Assembly: GCA_942493095.1 (NCBI GenBank)
Contig: OW818675.1
Span: 720,001 to 752,000 of the forward strand
DNA from: Candidatus Electronema halotolerans
GTDB lineage: Bacteria > Desulfobacterota > Desulfobulbia > Desulfobulbales > Desulfobulbaceae
Length of the DNA stretch: 32,000 nucleotides
Direction: 5' to 3'
The position numbers and the translations under genes were made by a program. Below, one piece after another: positions 1 through 8,463 of the stretch. The notes below the pieces were generated by a model. That model had not been told where the DNA came from and made no database searches. It was given only the letters and a program-made list of their open reading frames with translations. Numbering within the stretch: the first letter of the stretch is position 1; the number at the start of each line of letters is the position of its first letter.

Positions 1-139
1 TGCTGATCAGCTTGAAAAAAATACTATAACCGCCGTTGCCGACAAAGACAATGCCGCATGCACCGGCCTTGCCGACTCTGACATCAACAGCGCATGTCGG
101 CTTTCTGCCGCCAGCGGCGCGGCAGGGGAAGAGCCGCAG

Positions 140-1297
140 ATGACCATGAAGCAGGTGATGATTGTTGACGATGAGCCGGAGCTGCTTCTCAGCATCCGTT
201 CCGGCTTTGAAAACAATCAGTGTTTTCAGGTTGTCACCGCAGAGAACGGCAGGGATGCCCTTGACATTCTCGAACGCGGCTCAGTTGATCTGGCTGTCAT
301 TGATCTGCGGATGCCGGTCATGGACGGCATTGAGCTGCTCTCGATCATGAACGAGTCCTTCCCTGAGGTGCCGCATCTTGTCATGACCGCCTTTGGCACG
401 CCGATGATCGAAAAGCAGCTCAAAAAGGCGGGCGCGCTCAATGTGCTGGAAAAGCCTTTTGATATTGATGTGCTCGAAGAGGCGATCTGCAAGGCATTGG
501 CTGAGAATAAGGAGCGGAGCAGCAGCCTGTCCGGCCTCTCGCTCGCCAGCCTGCTCCAGCTTGTGGCGATGGAGCAGAAAACCCTGCACATCAAGGTCTT
601 TCATCCGGCAGGCAAGAACGGCAGCCTTTTTTTCCGCGAAGGCACGCTGATTGATGCGGAACAGGACGAGCTGGGCGGCGATGAGGCGGTGTTGGAGATG
701 CTGCGCTGGGACAAGGTCAGGGTGGGGATGAAGGAATTTTCCGATCCTCCCTCCTCCTCAAGAATGCAGTCGCAGCTCATGGCGCTGCTCTTCACGGCGG
801 CCCAGCGCGAGGACGACTGCTGCGGGGAGGACAGCTGCGAATGCTCTTTGGAGGCGGCCAAGCAGGAGCTGGCGCGGATCACAGAACAACAACATCAACC
901 AAGGTCTCGGAACAGCGGAGGAGGAATCATGGGCATTAAGGAAGTGCTGAAGAAAATGGCGGATGAACTGGACGGGGTGCTGGCGATTCAGGTGACTGGC
1001 ATGGACGGCATCAACCTTGCCCTGCACAATCCCACTGGCACGGATGTGGAGGCGTTTTCAGCCAAGTTTGCCATGGTGCTCAAGCTGGTGGAGAAATCCG
1101 TGGATTCGCTCAAAGGCATGGGCGAGCTGGAGGAGAATCTGGTCCAGACCAAGAATGCCTGGATTCTGAGCCGTTTCATCACGCCGCAGTATTATATCGG
1201 CATTGCGGTCAGCCGGGAAAGCACCCTCGGCAATGTGCGGCTGGTCGGTCAGCGATACATTGCCCAGCTCCGCAAGCTGCTGGCCGCGCCGGAGTGA
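140..1297 (+). CDS. Response regulator: receiver + DUF4388/PATAN-like + Roadblock/LC7 (MglB-like) domains
   Basis: N-terminus MKQVMIVDDEPE...DLAVIDLRMPVMDG...LEKPF has the canonical receiver acidic pair, phospho-Asp and Lys. The middle LSLASLLQLVAMEQKTLHIKV...GTLIDAE...GDEAVLEMLRW resembles DUF4388. The C-terminus (from MGIKEVLKKMADELDGVLAIQVTGMDGINLA) resembles Roadblock/LC7. GGGGAAGAG lies upstream of the ATG at 140. The frame stays open back to base 2, so the true start could lie upstream of the window. Confidence 0.8.
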   Translation: MTMKQVMIVDDEPELLLSIRSGFENNQCFQVVTAENGRDALDILERGSVDLAVIDLRMPVMDGIELLSIMNESFPEVPHLVMTAFGTPMIEKQLKKAGALNVLEKPFDIDVLEEAICKALAENKERSSSLSGLSLASLLQLVAMEQKTLHIKVFHPAGKNGSLFFREGTLIDAEQDELGGDEAVLEMLRWDKVRVGMKEFSDPPSSSRMQSQLMALLFTAAQREDDCCGEDSCECSLEAAKQELARITEQQHQPRSRNSGGGIMGIKEVLKKMADELDGVLAIQVTGMDGINLALHNPTGTDVEAFSAKFAMVLKLVEKSVDSLKGMGELEENLVQTKNAWILSRFITPQYYIGIAVSRESTLGNVRLVGQRYIAQLRKLLAAPE

Positions 1298-1324
1298 GGC
1301 TGAACGGCACCCTCAGCCGATTGT

Positions 1325-2575
1325 TCAGCAGCCAGTTTCCGCACCACATCCTGTGCAGCACCTCTTGCTGCCGCAATGCACCAGATATTCCTGCACGGCG
1401 GCAGCACTCATGAGTGAAGCAGGCAAAGCCGCACATAAGACCGCAGCATCCTTGCCCTCCTCCAAGCTGCCGAGCTGCCGCTCCAAACCAAGAGCCATTG
1501 CCCCGCCCAGCGTCGCCATCCGCACAATGTCTGCCGGATCAACGCTGGGATGCGCTTCAGCCAGCAGGCGCATTTCCCGCCAGAGGGACAGCTCCGGGTT
1601 GCTGGTCAGGCTGTCTGTGCCGAGCGCGGGCAGCATTCCCTGCCGCAGCAGGCGGCCCGCCGGAGCCATGCCCAAGCCCAGATACGCATTGCTGCCCGGA
1701 CAGAGGCAGACTTTGGCCTCAGCCGCTGCCAGCAGAGCAATTTCCTCCTCAGTCAGATGCAGACAGTGGACACAGAGCGTCCTGCTGTCCAAGAGGCCGT
1801 GCTGATGCAGATAGGTCACGGCCCCGCCTTCTCTGCCCAAGGGCTGGAAGGTGCCGTCCCACACCCCGTGCTCTTCAAGAAAGACCCGCATCTCACCGCT
1901 GCCAGTGCGCAGCAGCTCGATCTCTGCGGCTGATTCAGCGGTATGAATCGGAAAGACATGGCCGAGCCGGGCAGCCCGCGCTTTCAGGCTGCGCAGCAGG
2001 GCAGGGTGGGTGGAATAGGGCGCATGGCCGGTGCAGGGCTGCTCCTCAGCCTCGTCCCGCAGCCGCAGCAGGGCCTCGGTTGCCCTGTCCTCCCGCAGAC
2101 CAAGATATTCCTTGAAACAGAGCAGTCTGCCGCTGAAACTCTCAGCCAAGCTGCTCGGCAGACCAGTGTTGCTTATATCCCCAATCGCGGCAACACCGTG
2201 GGCCTGCTGCTCGGCCAAGACGTGCCGGGCAGCAGCTTTAATCGTGGCATCATCTGCCGCCGCCTTGCTCCGTTCATTCAGCAGCCGGGCAATCCAGCCG
2301 GTGAAGGTCGGTGGTGCAGGCTGCTGCGAGAGCTGGCTGAGATGCGACAGCTCAAGGTGGCTGTGGGCGTTGATCAGGCCGGGCAGGAGCGCCGCATCAG
2401 GATGATCAAGCACCTGTGCGCCGGGCCAGCTCCGTCTGATTTCGCTGAAGCTGCCGACCGCCGCTATTCGTCCTGCCTGCACTGCCAGGCCGCCATCGGC
2501 AATGGCCGGGCGGCTGATGGGCAGCAGCCACGGAGCGCGATGGATGATCACAGCGGCTGCACCCCCTGCCTGCAT
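1325..2575 (-). CDS. Amidohydrolase-superfamily deaminase/chlorohydrolase (possibly aminodeoxyfutalosine deaminase-like)
   Basis: 416-aa ORF with an ATG start. The metal-binding motif LINAHSHLELS (HxH) and the overall layout are typical of TRZ/ATZ-type amidohydrolases. The link to the futalosine pathway rests only on mqnC being ~1 kb away. Confidence 0.7.
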   Translation of the reverse strand: MQAGGAAAVIIHRAPWLLPISRPAIADGGLAVQAGRIAAVGSFSEIRRSWPGAQVLDHPDAALLPGLINAHSHLELSHLSQLSQQPAPPTFTGWIARLLNERSKAAADDATIKAAARHVLAEQQAHGVAAIGDISNTGLPSSLAESFSGRLLCFKEYLGLREDRATEALLRLRDEAEEQPCTGHAPYSTHPALLRSLKARAARLGHVFPIHTAESAAEIELLRTGSGEMRVFLEEHGVWDGTFQPLGREGGAVTYLHQHGLLDSRTLCVHCLHLTEEEIALLAAAEAKVCLCPGSNAYLGLGMAPAGRLLRQGMLPALGTDSLTSNPELSLWREMRLLAEAHPSVDPADIVRMATLGGAMALGLERQLGSLEEGKDAAVLCAALPASLMSAAAVQEYLVHCGSKRCCTGCGAETGC

Positions 2576-3029
2576 TTTATGTCCGCACCTTCAGATTGAA
2601 GGGCGCAAAGATGATGACAGCAGACGCGCAAATGGCAATCTCTTTAAGAGACATCACCGCTTACGTTTAGATGAATAGCCATGCCGGACTTCTGGGTTAG
2701 TATTGATGTATGTGTTCAGTCCATCACCAGAATCAGCCAGTTTCCTCATTTCGCTCAAGTGTGCCGAGCCAATTCCTGATGACCGATATTCATATATCAT
2801 AGGCGGAAATTCCTAAATTTCCATTTACGTCTCTGTATGTCTTCATAGTATTTATCAAACAAGAGGTTGATCTTTTTCTGCCATCCAATGCAGATAGCAA
2901 TGCAACTCAGGGAGTTGCAAAGAAATTCCCAATAACTCCATCTGTGGGTTCTACAAGGTTAATTCATCAGCCAAGATACGAGCCTGCGTTGCCTCTGTCA
3001 ACAGGGAATGTTGCCGGGAGGAAGGCGGT

Positions 3030-3683
3030 TCACTGCGCAGCAGATGCCGCTGCCTTGCAGAGCGGAGCATTGTCCTCTTGCTGCCTGTAGAAAAGCATGT
3101 CCCGCAGCCAATCCATGAGTTCATGTGCGGCCCTGAGCACCTTCCAGCCGAAGAGCGCGGCAGGAGGATTTGCTCCGGCAGCTCTGCTTTTTGCGCAAAG
3201 ACTTGCACTCTGGCGGCAGGCATACCGCTTTGCCCGGCGGGCATGGAGACTGTCAGAGACAAGGAAGACGCGCTCCGCTGTTTCGAGCCAGGCAGCTGAA
3301 CAGCCAAGGTTTTCCCACGTTGTGCGCGCATTCGGCTCCACGGCAATGGCACTCTCCTGCACACCAAGGCTGCGCGCATAGGCTGCCATCGTCTGCCCCT
3401 CAACATAGCTGTTCTGCGCTGGGCCGCCGGAGAAGATGATCTGTCGGCATTGCTGCTGCCGATAGACTGCAAGCCCGGCCTCCACCCGGAACCGCTGCAT
3501 TGGATGCAGGCTTCCGTCTGCCTCAGTCGGCCAGCCAAGCACCAGCACAACGCAGTCTTTGCCATCCGCAGCCTTGCTTGCCTCCATGCTCAGAAGCCTG
3601 TAGGCCGTCTCGGTCAGCAGACTGATAATGACAAGTGCTGCTGCTGTCCAAAGGGATATTTTCTTCAGCATCTTCCGCCGCAC
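3030..3683 (-). CDS. DUF218 (YdcF/SanA/ElyC-like) membrane-anchored protein
   Basis: N-terminal TM segment ISLWTAAALVIISLL. The core VVLVLGWP...MQRFRVEAGLAVY....IIFSGGP....EGQTMAAYARSLGV....IAVEPNARTTWEN is typical of DUF218. The ORF-track start at 3683 is GTG, directly after the mqnC stop. An in-frame ATG at 3671 is an alternative start. Confidence 0.75.
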   Translation of the reverse strand: MRRKMLKKISLWTAAALVIISLLTETAYRLLSMEASKAADGKDCVVLVLGWPTEADGSLHPMQRFRVEAGLAVYRQQQCRQIIFSGGPAQNSYVEGQTMAAYARSLGVQESAIAVEPNARTTWENLGCSAAWLETAERVFLVSDSLHARRAKRYACRQSASLCAKSRAAGANPPAALFGWKVLRAAHELMDWLRDMLFYRQQEDNAPLCKAAASAAQ

Positions 3684-4742
3684 TCATGCCTGCTTGGCCG
3701 GACTGTAGTCCATCAGCCGCTGTTCCGGCAGGAAGCCCGCATCTGTGATCAGCCGCCTTATCTCCTGCTCGGAGAGGCGGAAATGGACTCCGGCGGCAGC
3801 AACCACGTTCTCTTCAATCATGGTGGAGCCGAAGTCATTGGCCCCGAAGAAAAGCGATACTTGCGCTATCTTTGGCCCCTGCGTCACCCACGAGGCCTGA
3901 ATGTTGGCGAAGTTGTCCAAGTAAATGCGGCTCAAAGCCAGCATTCGCAGATAGGCAAAGCCGGAGGTCTTCTCGACATCCGCCAGCACTGTGTTGTCCG
4001 GCTGAAAGGGCCACGGGATGAAGGCGGTGAAGCCGCCAGTCCGGTCTTGCAGGGAGCGCAGCCGCTCCAGATGCTCCAGCCGCTCCTCCCACGTTTCAAT
4101 ATGGCCGAACATCATGGTGGCCGTGGTGCGCATTCCCTGTATATGCGCCTCCTCCATCACCGCCAGCCACTGATCTGCCGAGCACTTGCGCGGCGCAAGC
4201 TGCTGCCGCACCCGGTCAGAGAGTATCTCTGCACCGCCGCCGGGAATGGAGTCCAGCCCGGCAGCCCGCAGCCGCTCCAGCACTTCCTTGATGGACAGAC
4301 CGGAAAGCTGGCTGAAGTGGCAGATTTCCGGCGGCGAAAAGCCGTGAATGTGAATGCCCGTGCTCTTCATCGCCCGGAGCATGTCCTCGTAGAAGTCCAG
4401 CGGTAAGTCAGGATGCAGGCCGCCTTGAAGGAGGATTTGTGTGCCGCCCAGTTCCTGCGTTTCACGGATTTTCTCCAAAAGCTGCTCATGACTGAGGACG
4501 CTGCCCTGCGGGTCGTCCGGTGCCCTGAAAAAGGCGCAGAACTTGCAGGCGGAAATGCAGATGTCAGTGTAGTTGATGTTGCGGTCAATGACAAAGGTGA
4601 CTTTGCGCTCCGGGTGGAGCCGCTTCCGCACTGCGTCGGCAAGAAAGCCGAGCTGATAAAGGTCGGCCTCGGCAGCCAGCTTGAGAAAATCAGCACCGCC
4701 CAGACGTTGTCCGGCAAGAATTTGGTCGGTTATGTTCTGCAT
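3684..4742 (-). CDS. mqnC: Radical-SAM cyclic dehypoxanthinyl futalosine synthase (MqnC type; MqnE not fully excluded)
   Basis: Radical-SAM cluster motif NINYTDICISACKFCAF. ILLQGGLHPDLP, TATMMFGHIE and FTAFIPWPFQPDNT match my recollection of MqnC rather than MqnE (HIVGG.., TMLYGH, FIPL..). ATG start at 4742. Confidence 0.8.
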   Translation of the reverse strand: MQNITDQILAGQRLGGADFLKLAAEADLYQLGFLADAVRKRLHPERKVTFVIDRNINYTDICISACKFCAFFRAPDDPQGSVLSHEQLLEKIRETQELGGTQILLQGGLHPDLPLDFYEDMLRAMKSTGIHIHGFSPPEICHFSQLSGLSIKEVLERLRAAGLDSIPGGGAEILSDRVRQQLAPRKCSADQWLAVMEEAHIQGMRTTATMMFGHIETWEERLEHLERLRSLQDRTGGFTAFIPWPFQPDNTVLADVEKTSGFAYLRMLALSRIYLDNFANIQASWVTQGPKIAQVSLFFGANDFGSTMIEENVVAAAGVHFRLSEQEIRRLITDAGFLPEQRLMDYSPAKQA

Positions 4743-4762
4743 GGCAATTGTTTTCTCTTCAT

Positions 4763-5758
4763 CTACGGCAGCTTTTTTCGGGAAAGGAACAGCTCCGCTG
4801 CCAACAGGAGCAGGGCTGCCAGCACTGGCAGGGCGAACAGCTCCCGGTAGCGGGAAAAGTTCCTGATCTTCCTGACCGTCTTTTCCATCATGTTTATCTC
4901 AGAATAAATCTTCTCCAGCGAGTTGGTGTCAGTGGCCCGGAAATACTTGGCTCCGGTCTGGGCGGCAACCTTGCGCAGAGTTTCCTCGTCAATATCCACC
5001 TCAGCCTGAATAATCCGCTGGCGGCCAAACTGATCCTCCACCGGCATCGGGGCCACGCCGCGCCGTCCCACGCCAATCGTATAGACCTTGATCTGCATCA
5101 CTGCCGCCGCCTCTGCCGCAGTGAGCGGCGCAGCCTTGCCCGCATTGTTCACCCCGTCAGTGAGCAGGATGAGAATGCGCGACTTGGCCTGCTGATCGCG
5201 CAGCCGGTTGACCCCGGCGGCAATGGCTGAACCAATGGCAGTGCCGTCCTCAATCATGCCTGTATGGAGAGAATTCAGCCGCTGCCGGAGCCAGTCATGA
5301 TCCAAAGTCAGGGGACAGACCATGTATGGCCTGCCGGCAAAGGCGATCAGGCCGATGCGGTCATTGGGCCGCTGCCGGATGAAATCCGCCACCACGGACT
5401 TGACCACGTCCAGCCGGTTGACCCGCTTGCCTTTGAGGGTGAAATCCAAGGCCTGCATGGAGCCGGAAACATCGACTGCCAGCAGAATGTCAATGCCGGA
5501 AGCCTCGATCTCAGTGCGGGTGTGCCCCCATTGAGGCCGGGCCAGGCCGATGATCAGCAGGCCGAGCGCAGCCAAGCGCAGCCATGCCGCCATGCCGCCC
5601 GCTTTGGTCATTCGGCCTCCAGCAATGACCTTAATCGCTGAGATCGAGGAAAAGATCAGGGCCGGAGCAGCACCTTTGCGGCTGCGCAGCAGGGCCAGCA
5701 GCGGCAGCAGAATCAGCAGCCAGAGTAGCTGCGGATCAGCGAAGCGGAAGCTGTCCAT
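4763..5758 (-). CDS. BatA-like von Willebrand factor A domain membrane protein
   Basis: N-terminus FRFADPQLLWLLILLPLLALL is typical of BatA. vWA MIDAS motif LLAVDVSGSM. IGLIAFAGRPY and ILLTDGVNNAG are also present. The ORF-track start at 5779 is TTG, so the ATG at 5758 (MDSFRF...) is preferred. Confidence 0.8.
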   Translation of the reverse strand: MDSFRFADPQLLWLLILLPLLALLRSRKGAAPALIFSSISAIKVIAGGRMTKAGGMAAWLRLAALGLLIIGLARPQWGHTRTEIEASGIDILLAVDVSGSMQALDFTLKGKRVNRLDVVKSVVADFIRQRPNDRIGLIAFAGRPYMVCPLTLDHDWLRQRLNSLHTGMIEDGTAIGSAIAAGVNRLRDQQAKSRILILLTDGVNNAGKAAPLTAAEAAAVMQIKVYTIGVGRRGVAPMPVEDQFGRQRIIQAEVDIDEETLRKVAAQTGAKYFRATDTNSLEKIYSEINMMEKTVRKIRNFSRYRELFALPVLAALLLLAAELFLSRKKLP

Positions 5759-5823
5759 GCCCGTCCCTCTGCTGTGCAAGCAGTTTGGTTGCCTTGATAA
5801 AACTGCGCAGCTGCGTGATCATT

Positions 5824-6396
5824 TCAGTCATCTCCTCTTGGCTCAGAGCCAGCCCCGGCAAATTTGCCCGCCTCGCAGCTGCGCAGCCAGTGTTCCAAGT
5901 CGTTGCGGTATGATTCCAGCGCATCCGGCAGTTCTCCATTTTCTTTGTCAATGCGTCTGATCAGCTCGCTCGCGGTCTGGCGGAGCGCAGCCAGCCCCAG
6001 CCCTGTTTCAAGATAGCGGCGCAAGGTCTGATCAAAAAAGGCGGCAAAGGCAGTGCAGTCACCTGCGGCAATGAGCTGCTCCGCTTGGGCAAGGGCGCGT
6101 TCAGCCTCCTCAGCCGGTGACAGGGCTGCCTGTGGCGCGGGCTGTTTTTTCCGGCTCAAAATAATCAGCAAGACAATGACTGCTGCAAGAGCCGCAGCCA
6201 GCGCAGGCCGCAGCCAGACTGATTCGCGAATCTGTTCTGCCAATGGCATTGGCGGGGCAATGGGCGGTTCAAGGTCGTCTATCGGCACCCCGCCGGAAAC
6301 TGCTTGAGCTGGCGGCGCTGCAATGTTTTTCGCCGCCCGCAGCGGCGCAGGCAGAGCGGCTATGAACAGAAACAGGAAAATGACTTGGCGGCTCAT
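5824..6396 (-). CDS. DUF4381-like membrane protein of the MoxR/DUF58/Bat operon
   Basis: Signal/TM at the N-terminus, a second TM (LAAALAAVIVLLIIL), then a helical tail (...FFDQTLRRYLETGLGL.A...TASEL). Position between DUF58 and BatA is typical. Its ATG overlaps the DUF58 stop (ATGA at 6393-6396). Confidence 0.6.
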   Translation of the reverse strand: MSRQVIFLFLFIAALPAPLRAAKNIAAPPAQAVSGGVPIDDLEPPIAPPMPLAEQIRESVWLRPALAAALAAVIVLLIILSRKKQPAPQAALSPAEEAERALAQAEQLIAAGDCTAFAAFFDQTLRRYLETGLGLAALRQTASELIRRIDKENGELPDALESYRNDLEHWLRSCEAGKFAGAGSEPRGDD

Positions 6397-7307
6397 CGGG
6401 CCATCCTCTGGCTGCGGCTGCGAAAAAAATCCATCAAGGCGGCAAGATAGGGTTTGTCTGTGGACAGCTCCAGCAGGTCGATGCCAAGACCGCGCACAGT
6501 GCGGGCAAAACGCCCCCGCTGGTCACGGGTCAGATTGGTGTAGGCCTGCCGTGTCCACGCATCAGCGGTGTTGAGGAGAATCTGCTCGCCGCTTTCCGCA
6601 TCTTCCAAGGTGATCCAGCCTGCCTGCGGCAGCTCCAGCTCACGCGGGTCAATGACCGAGACTGCAATCAGATCATGGCGGCGGCCTGTGACTTGCAGCT
6701 TGGGCCGCAGCTTTTGCAGGGAATCATCAAAATCGCCGGGCAGGCAGAAATCAGAGATCAGAAAGGTGACACAGCGGCGTTTGGTCACTTGGCGGAAAAA
6801 ATCAAGCGCGCCGATGATGTTGGTGCCTCTGCCCTGCGGCTGAAAAAAGAGCGTCTCCCGAATCACCCGGAGAATATGGCTGCGGCCCTTGTTCGGGCTG
6901 ATGAACAGCTCGGTGAAATCAGAAAAGAGCAGCAGGCCGACCTTGTCGTTGTTGCGCACAGCGGAAAAGGCGAGTGCTGCGGCCAGCTCGGCCATCACCT
7001 CGCGCTTGGAGCGGCTGCCGGAACCAAAGCTGCCGGACGCGCTCAGGTCGATCACCAGCATGATGGTCAGCTCGCGCTCCTCAGTGAATTTCTTCACATG
7101 CGGCACGCCGGTGCGGGCGGTGACGTTCCAGTCAATGGCCCGGATGTCATCGCCGGGCACATACTCGCGCACCTCGTCAAAATTCATGCCCCGGCCTTTG
7201 AAGACCGAGTGATAGCTGCCTGCCAAGGTGTTGTCGGCCAGCCGCCGGGTGCGGACCTCAATCTGCCTGACCTTTTGCAGGATTTCCTTGATTGCCGCCT
7301 GTTCCAT
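6393..7307 (-). CDS. DUF58 domain protein (vWA-like partner of MoxR)
   Basis: Motifs GRGMNFDEVREYVPGDDIRAIDWNVTAR and LVIDLSASGSFGS are diagnostic of DUF58. It lies immediately downstream of MoxR. Confidence 0.85.
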   Translation of the reverse strand: MEQAAIKEILQKVRQIEVRTRRLADNTLAGSYHSVFKGRGMNFDEVREYVPGDDIRAIDWNVTARTGVPHVKKFTEERELTIMLVIDLSASGSFGSGSRSKREVMAELAAALAFSAVRNNDKVGLLLFSDFTELFISPNKGRSHILRVIRETLFFQPQGRGTNIIGALDFFRQVTKRRCVTFLISDFCLPGDFDDSLQKLRPKLQVTGRRHDLIAVSVIDPRELELPQAGWITLEDAESGEQILLNTADAWTRQAYTNLTRDQRGRFARTVRGLGIDLLELSTDKPYLAALMDFFRSRSQRMAR

Positions 7308-7310
7308 GAC

Positions 7311-8333
7311 TCAGGGCACCGGCACGGTTTCCAGCAGCCTGATGATGATGTCCTCGCTGCTGATGCCTTCCGCCTCCGCCTCGTAGCTGATCCGAATCCG
7401 GTGCCGCAGCACATCCGGGGCGCATTTTTTGATGTCGTCCGGGATCACATAGCCGCGCCCGCTGAGATAGGCCAAGGCGCGGGCCGCTGCCTTGAGATTG
7501 ATACTGGCTCTGGGCGAGGCCCCGATTTCCACATAATCACGCAGGGCCGCGCTGAGGCCGGACGGCTCGCGGGTGGCGCAGACCAGATCAACAATATAAT
7601 CCTTGATTCGGTCATCCACGTAAATCTTGTCCACCATCTTGCGGGCCGAGAGAATCTGCTCAGGCGAGAGCAGCGGCGGCATGGCTGCCTTGGCATCCGC
7701 ATGATCAACCAGATCAAGGATTTTTCGCTCCTCGGTCCGGCTGGGATACCCGACCTTGACCTTGAACATGAAGCGGTCAAGCTGGGCTTCCGGCAGCGGA
7801 TAAGTGCCTTCCTGCTCAATCGGGTTCTGGGTCGCCAAAACTAAAAACAGCTCTGGCAGGGCAAAGGTGGTTTCGCCGATGGTGACCTGCTTTTCCTGCA
7901 TGGCCTCCAGCAGGGCGGACTGGACCTTTGACGGAGCGCGGTTGATCTCGTCGGCCAGAATGATGGAGGCAAAAATCGGCCCCTGCTTGACCTCAAAGGA
8001 AGTGTCCTTGGGATTGTAGATTTCCGTGCCAATGATGTCGGCGGGCAGCATGTCCGGGGTGAACTGGATGCGGCGGAACTCAGCCGACACCGCAGCGGCC
8101 AAAGTTTTCACGGCCAAGGTCTTGGCCAGGCCGGGCAGGCCCTCCAAGAGAATATGGCCGCCTGCCAGCAGGCCGATCAGCAGGCGCTCGATCAATTTTT
8201 CCTGACCGACAATGGTTTTTGCCGCCTCGCGCCTGAGCAGCCCGGCCCACGCCGAGCTTTCCTGCACCGCCTGGCCGACCTCTGCCACGGAAAGCCGACG
8301 TTCCGTCGCGCTGCTGTCAAGGGTCTGATTCAT
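7311..8333 (-). CDS. MoxR-family AAA+ ATPase
   Basis: Walker A region GHILLEGLPGLAKT. FRRIQFTPDMLPADIIGT, ILADEINRAPSKVQSALLEAMQE and ATQNPIEQEGTYPLPEAQLDRF are classic MoxR/RavA-class motifs. Confidence 0.9.
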   Translation of the reverse strand: MNQTLDSSATERRLSVAEVGQAVQESSAWAGLLRREAAKTIVGQEKLIERLLIGLLAGGHILLEGLPGLAKTLAVKTLAAAVSAEFRRIQFTPDMLPADIIGTEIYNPKDTSFEVKQGPIFASIILADEINRAPSKVQSALLEAMQEKQVTIGETTFALPELFLVLATQNPIEQEGTYPLPEAQLDRFMFKVKVGYPSRTEERKILDLVDHADAKAAMPPLLSPEQILSARKMVDKIYVDDRIKDYIVDLVCATREPSGLSAALRDYVEIGASPRASINLKAAARALAYLSGRGYVIPDDIKKCAPDVLRHRIRISYEAEAEGISSEDIIIRLLETVPVP

Positions 8334-8363
8334 CGCTGTTCTCCTTCAAGCCTGCCTGAGCAA

Positions 8364-8392
8364 TTGACATAAAGCACTTTTCGCCCTACACT
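8364..8392 (+). promoter_or_regulatory. Putative sigma70-type promoter for the Sel1-repeat gene
   Basis: TTGACA (8364-8369), 17-bp spacer, TACACT (8387-8392), in the divergent intergenic region between moxR and the Sel1 gene. Confidence 0.35.
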
Positions 8393-8463
8393 GTTCGGGA
8401 ATCATATATACTTTGACCCAGAACACATTGCAACACCCTACCCGCACTTTTTTCACAGAATTT

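Noticed and set aside
7-216. A 69-aa minus-strand ORF at the window start.
   Set aside because: It overlaps the start of the receiver-domain gene in antisense, is Ser-rich and low in complexity, and has no expression signals.
6675-7844. Long antisense ORFs opposite well-supported genes. Examples: 6675-7844 (+), 3450-4406 (+), 15349-16563 (-), 15240-15980 (-), 19350-20708 (+), 23201-24154 (+), 17333-18139 (-), 28363-29187 (+), 1203-2115 (+), 10401-11057 (-).
   Set aside because: These are typical shadow ORFs of GC-rich DNA. Their translations are Arg/Pro/Gly/Ala/His-rich with no recognisable motifs. Each lies fully within a gene on the other strand that has clear family signatures.
8413-8463. 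ORF-track starts using non-ATG codons or overlapping upstream genes: 8413 TTG, 10011, 5779 TTG, 30764 TTG, 23240, 29385.
   Set aside because: Downstream in-frame ATGs fit better. They come with an SD, a signal peptide at the N-terminus, an ATGA coupling, or a composition break.
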